Shown: one piece after another, positions 30,166 to 32,845 of the stretch
How positions within the stretch are numbered: position 1 is the stretch's first letter
Layout of the letters: each line of letters opens with the position of its first letter
Assembly (NCBI GenBank): GCA_016188205.1
Contig: JACPIG010000061.1
Span: 1-32,845 of the forward strand
DNA length: 32,845 nt
Direction: 5' to 3'
Source: Candidatus Woesearchaeota archaeon
Lineage (GTDB): Archaea > Nanobdellota > Nanobdellia > Woesearchaeales > UBA10216
Notes under the pieces: model-generated
Seen by the model: only the letters and a program-made list of their open reading frames with translations
The model's database searches: none
Told to the model about the DNA's origin: nothing
Translations under genes and position numbers: made by a program

Positions 30166-30390
30166 TCAGTCCTTCATCGCCATGAAGATGAGGCTGGTGA
30201 TGCCTATCCATATTGGCGTTGAAGTGGGCAAAATAACTGTCAACGGTATCGTCATCACGCCAAGGAATGTTGCAAAGACCATTGTAATCAGTGTTGACAC
30301 CGTAAGCCCTGTGAACAGCGCCCTGTAGTTGCTGAACTGGTGCGGCTTCATTCCGTGCCTCTCATGCTTCAGATGTTCCATTTTACTCAT
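30166..30390 (-). CDS. Small membrane protein (74 aa) with a His-rich N-terminus
   Basis: MSKMEHLKHERHGMKPHQF is followed by two hydrophobic helices. Its ATG overlaps the TGA of the upstream 58-aa ORF (ATGA at 30387-30390). Confidence 0.55.
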   Translation of the reverse strand: MSKMEHLKHERHGMKPHQFSNYRALFTGLTVSTLITMVFATFLGVMTIPLTVILPTSTPIWIGITSLIFMAMKD

Positions 30391-30563
30391 CCCCTCCTCA
30401 TTATTTCTTCCTCTATTTTCCTAACCTTTTCTTCTGTGTGTTGAACCTTCCCGTAGATGGCTTTAAGCAATTCCATTATTTCCTCATGCGGCTTCATCCA
30501 TTCGTGTTTCCTGTGCGGTGGCCCATCATGCGATGGCATTTCATGACTTTCATGCGGCAGCAT
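30387..30563 (-). CDS. Unannotated 58-aa His-rich protein
   Basis: ATG at 30563 is preceded by AGGAGGTGCAAA. Translation is MLPHESHEMPSHDGPPHRKHEWMKPHEEIMELLKAIYGKVQHTEEKVRKIEEEIMRRG. It is below the ORF-track cutoff and shares an MKPH motif with the downstream membrane protein. Confidence 0.5.
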   Translation of the reverse strand: MLPHESHEMPSHDGPPHRKHEWMKPHEEIMELLKAIYGKVQHTEEKVRKIEEEIMRRG

Positions 30564-30882
30564 TTTGCACCTCCTCTGTGCCTTTTTGTTGTTCTGCTTT
30601 TACTTTTCCAATCAATTCCTTTACTAAAGTCTCCAGAGGATCCCCTTCTAATCCGGTTTCTATAATATCCTTCCCCCATGAATATACTGCCAATTGGTCC
30701 TCTGGCTTCTTCAGCCTGCCTGCATATTCAATCAGGGCACCCAATACGCCCCTTAATTCTTCGCGTGATGCTGCCAGCCCTGCCGCTGTCCTGTAATTCA
30801 TGACCGCCGCAACATGCGCTCCTCCTTGTCCTACCTGTTCAGCCATTCTTACATATTCCTGCAAGTCTTGTGCATTTCCCAT
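30550..30882 (-). CDS. Hypothetical protein (110 aa), first gene of the three-gene operon divergent from the ArsR-type regulator
   Basis: ORF track. GGAGGCAAAA precedes the ATG at 30882. It overlaps the next ORF by 14 nt. Confidence 0.5.
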   Translation of the reverse strand: MGNAQDLQEYVRMAEQVGQGGAHVAAVMNYRTAAGLAASREELRGVLGALIEYAGRLKKPEDQLAVYSWGKDIIETGLEGDPLETLVKELIGKVKAEQQKGTEEVQNAAA

Positions 30883-30926
30883 TTTTGCCTCCGTTTTGTT
30901 TGAATCATGCTTTATTTCTACTTTCC

Positions 30927-31017
30927 TATGAAACTGGAAAGCATGGGAAGTATATAAATCTTTCTGTTTTCATATGAAACCCGAATAACAATGCTTATAT
31001 ATGAAACCCGAAACATG
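30927..31017. promoter_or_regulatory. Three direct repeats TATGAAAC-NN-GAA(A/T)..(C/A)ATG in the divergent promoter region (candidate ArsR operator array)
   Basis: The copies are tatgaaactggaaagcatg (30927-30945), tatgaaacccgaataacaatg (30973-30993) and tatgaaacccgaaacatg (31000-31017). TATA-like tatataaa (30951-30958) and ttatatat (about 30995-31002) lie between them. Confidence 0.55.
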
Positions 31018-31398
31018 CAAGGCATGCCTCCGCTCCTCTTTGATGAAATCGTGCACAAGGCGCTTTCAAATGATGCAAGAAGAGAGATACTGCTTGCCCT
31101 GTCAAAAAAGGAGAAATACCTCACCGAGCTTGCAGATGAGCTCGGAAAGAAGCCGCAGACAATAGACTTCCACCTTTCCCTGCTTTCAGAGATAGGGCTG
31201 GTTGACTCGGAATGGAAGGAAGGAAAAAAATACTATTCCCTGAAAGACAAAAGAATCCTTGACTTCCTCAGGGACAGGAAACCCGTTCCCCCGGGAATGA
31301 GGCCCAAGCCACCGCATGAGCTGATACTTGAGGCAATATCCAAGCTTAACAAAAGGCTGGACGGGATTGAGAGGAAGATAGACGGGATTAGGAAGTAG
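30991..31398 (+). CDS. ArsR/SmtB-family winged-helix regulator with a C-terminal coiled-coil tail
   Basis: ALSNDARREILLALSKKEKYLTELADELGKKPQTIDFHLSLLSEIGLVDSEWKEGKKYYSL is an ArsR-type HTH. Repeat 3 lies inside the first codons, so the real start may be the ATG at 31015 or 31024. The latter is about 26 nt from ttatatat. Confidence 0.78.
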   Translation: MLIYETRNMQGMPPLLFDEIVHKALSNDARREILLALSKKEKYLTELADELGKKPQTIDFHLSLLSEIGLVDSEWKEGKKYYSLKDKRILDFLRDRKPVPPGMRPKPPHELILEAISKLNKRLDGIERKIDGIRK

Positions 31399-31460
31399 GA
31401 ACTCTTTATAACATTATTTTTAAATAGTAACTGCAAAAGCCAAGGAATTGGCGGGGTAGA

Positions 31461-31970
31461 ATGGCGACAACTTATGAAGAAGACCTGAATCTAAAGGCGG
31501 CTAAAATTGAGCGTATAGAATTCGTGCTTCGTGTGGCAGACTCGTTTATTCAAGAATTAGAGTCAAAAATCGCACTTATGCGAACAAACGAAGAAGAGGC
31601 AAAGAAAGATGGCTCAAAATATTTCGAATCTGCTTTTTTTGACATAAGCAGAATCCTATACGGAATACTCAAGGATCTTACTGACATCGTGAGTTCATTA
31701 ACTCCGTTTTATAAGTCGGTCAGTGAAAGGCTGGGGCACCCCGGCTCATTGGAAGCAAGAAGTCCGGGGTTCGTTATAAGCGCATTGCGTTCAGTAAGAC
31801 ATATAATGAACCTGATTAATGAGTTAGAGCCGTATGTTACCCGTATTCTATCTGGTAGTCCAATGATGAGGTCTTTACATGATTCACTTAAGGGTTTTCA
31901 GTATAATATGTTTTCTTCTCTCGATACATACCTAAAGTCAATTGGCATTGACCCAAGAAGTGTGACTTGA
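31461..31970 (+). CDS. Hypothetical protein (169 aa, helical)
   Basis: ORF track; no recognisable motif. G+C is somewhat lower than in neighbouring genes, by eye. Confidence 0.45.
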   Translation: MATTYEEDLNLKAAKIERIEFVLRVADSFIQELESKIALMRTNEEEAKKDGSKYFESAFFDISRILYGILKDLTDIVSSLTPFYKSVSERLGHPGSLEARSPGFVISALRSVRHIMNLINELEPYVTRILSGSPMMRSLHDSLKGFQYNMFSSLDTYLKSIGIDPRSVT

Positions 31971-31983
31971 CGTTTCATGCTTT

Positions 31984-32845
31984 TCAGGCAAGCACAACCC
32001 TCAGCTTCTCGTGCATGTTCACAGCTTCTGCAACCATCTTGCCTATCTTGTTCTTCATGCTTATCTTCACAATTCCTTCCTTGCCAACGTTGGCAGTCAA
32101 CAGGTAGTCTTCGTCTATGAATATGTTGACGTTCTTGCCGGCAAAGAGCTTGTCAATAATGAGCATGACGTGCTTCTTGCTGAACTGTGCCTCAAACGCT
32201 ATCTGCTTCTCCTCGCTCACCTGCTTTCCCAGGGGCTGGATGTCTATTGAAAGCCCAAGCCTCCTTTCAATCTGCTCAATGGTCTTGCCCTGCTTGCCTA
32301 TAACCCTCGCTATTTCATTCTCTGGAACATAAACTATTACCTTGTGGTCAGAAAGCATGTCCGCCTTTGCGCTGCTCACATAGTTCCTGAACTCATTAAG
32401 GACTGACTTTTCCGCAAGCACCCTTCCCGGAGCTTTCTCTCCTGTGCGAACAGGAATCACAACAGTTTCCTCGCCGTAGCTGTAAAGCTCATACTCAAGC
32501 TTTCTGGTCTCAAAGTCATTCACAACAACAACAGGCCTTGCCAAATCCGCCTCAGTCATGCCCTCAGGAACCTTGACAGTCATTGACAAGCTAAGCACCT
32601 TTTCAACAAAGCCGTCCTTTATGAAAATGACTGTGTCAATCACCTGCGGAATCACGCCCAGCTCTATTCTTCCAACAAAGCGCTGTATGGCGTCAATTGG
32701 GTTTGTCGCGTGCACAACACCGGCAAGCCCTATTCCTGCAAGCCTTAAGTCTGCGAAAAGTTTAAAATCCGCTGTGTTGCGCATCTCGTCAAAAACAGTG
32801 TAGTCCGGCCTTGAAAGCAAAAGTATGTCGTGGATTTCCTGCGCG
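31984..32845 (-). CDS. PilT-family ATPase with a C-terminal KH domain (PINA-like), N-terminal part outside the window
   Basis: The frame stays open to the window edge (..AQEIHDILLLSRPDYTVFDEMRNTADF). The Asp box is RPDYTVFDEMRN and the His box is GLAGVVHATNPIDAIQR. The C-terminal KH motif is IARVIGKQGKTIEQIERRLGLSIDI. Confidence 0.8.
   Translation of the reverse strand, partial: AQEIHDILLLSRPDYTVFDEMRNTADFKLFADLRLAGIGLAGVVHATNPIDAIQRFVGRIELGVIPQVIDTVIFIKDGFVEKVLSLSMTVKVPEGMTEADLARPVVVVNDFETRKLEYELYSYGEETVVIPVRTGEKAPGRVLAEKSVLNEFRNYVSSAKADMLSDHKVIVYVPENEIARVIGKQGKTIEQIERRLGLSIDIQPLGKQVSEEKQIAFEAQFSKKHVMLIIDKLFAGKNVNIFIDEDYLLTANVGKEGIVKISMKNKIGKMVAEAVNMHEKLRVVLA

Overview
The window looks like an archaeal chromosomal fragment, possibly from an uncultured DPANN-like lineage. 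Evidence for archaeal origin: an Orc1/Cdc6 initiator, an archaeal-type NMN adenylyltransferase domain, a PINA-like PilT-ATPase with a KH domain, and TATA boxes about 26 nt upstream of start codons (leaderless first genes) with GGAGG sites before internal operon genes. By eye G+C is about one half, with a few clearly AT-rich patches.

Left third (1-11.8 kb): housekeeping and envelope genes. These are an acylphosphatase fragment, cdc6, two paralogous secreted coiled-coil proteins, a membrane-anchored wHTH regulator, a GpsA-like dehydrogenase, seryl-tRNA synthetase and a low-GC AAA+/DUF4143-type ATPase.

Centre (11.9-30.1 kb): an unusually dense NAD(P)/ADP-ribose island.
- Complete Preiss-Handler salvage: PncA, PncB, a Nudix-NMNAT fusion, glutamine-dependent NadE.
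- One canonical and one divergent NAD kinase.
- ADP-ribosylglycohydrolase, an IUNH nucleoside hydrolase, a truncated pyruvate-kinase-like barrel and a PNP/AMP-nucleosidase-fold protein.
- An NMNAT-like-methyltransferase fusion and an SPFH protein.
- A vWA / Ser-Thr-kinase / unknown-protein module translationally coupled into the nadE operon.
- An NrtR-type (Nudix + wHTH) regulator, with a repeated TATA-plus-GTGT-N5-ACAC promoter/operator module.

This island is my best candidate for an undescribed system, perhaps NAD(P) reconstitution and ADP-ribose recycling under kinase/vWA control.

Right end: an ArsR-regulated His-rich small-protein operon and a partial PINA-like ATPase.

Other notable items are a perfectly paired 95-nt cloverleaf-topology element (6318-6412) and a duplicated serS 3' end that brackets an AT-rich insert. 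All functional calls rest on motif recognition by eye; no database search was possible.
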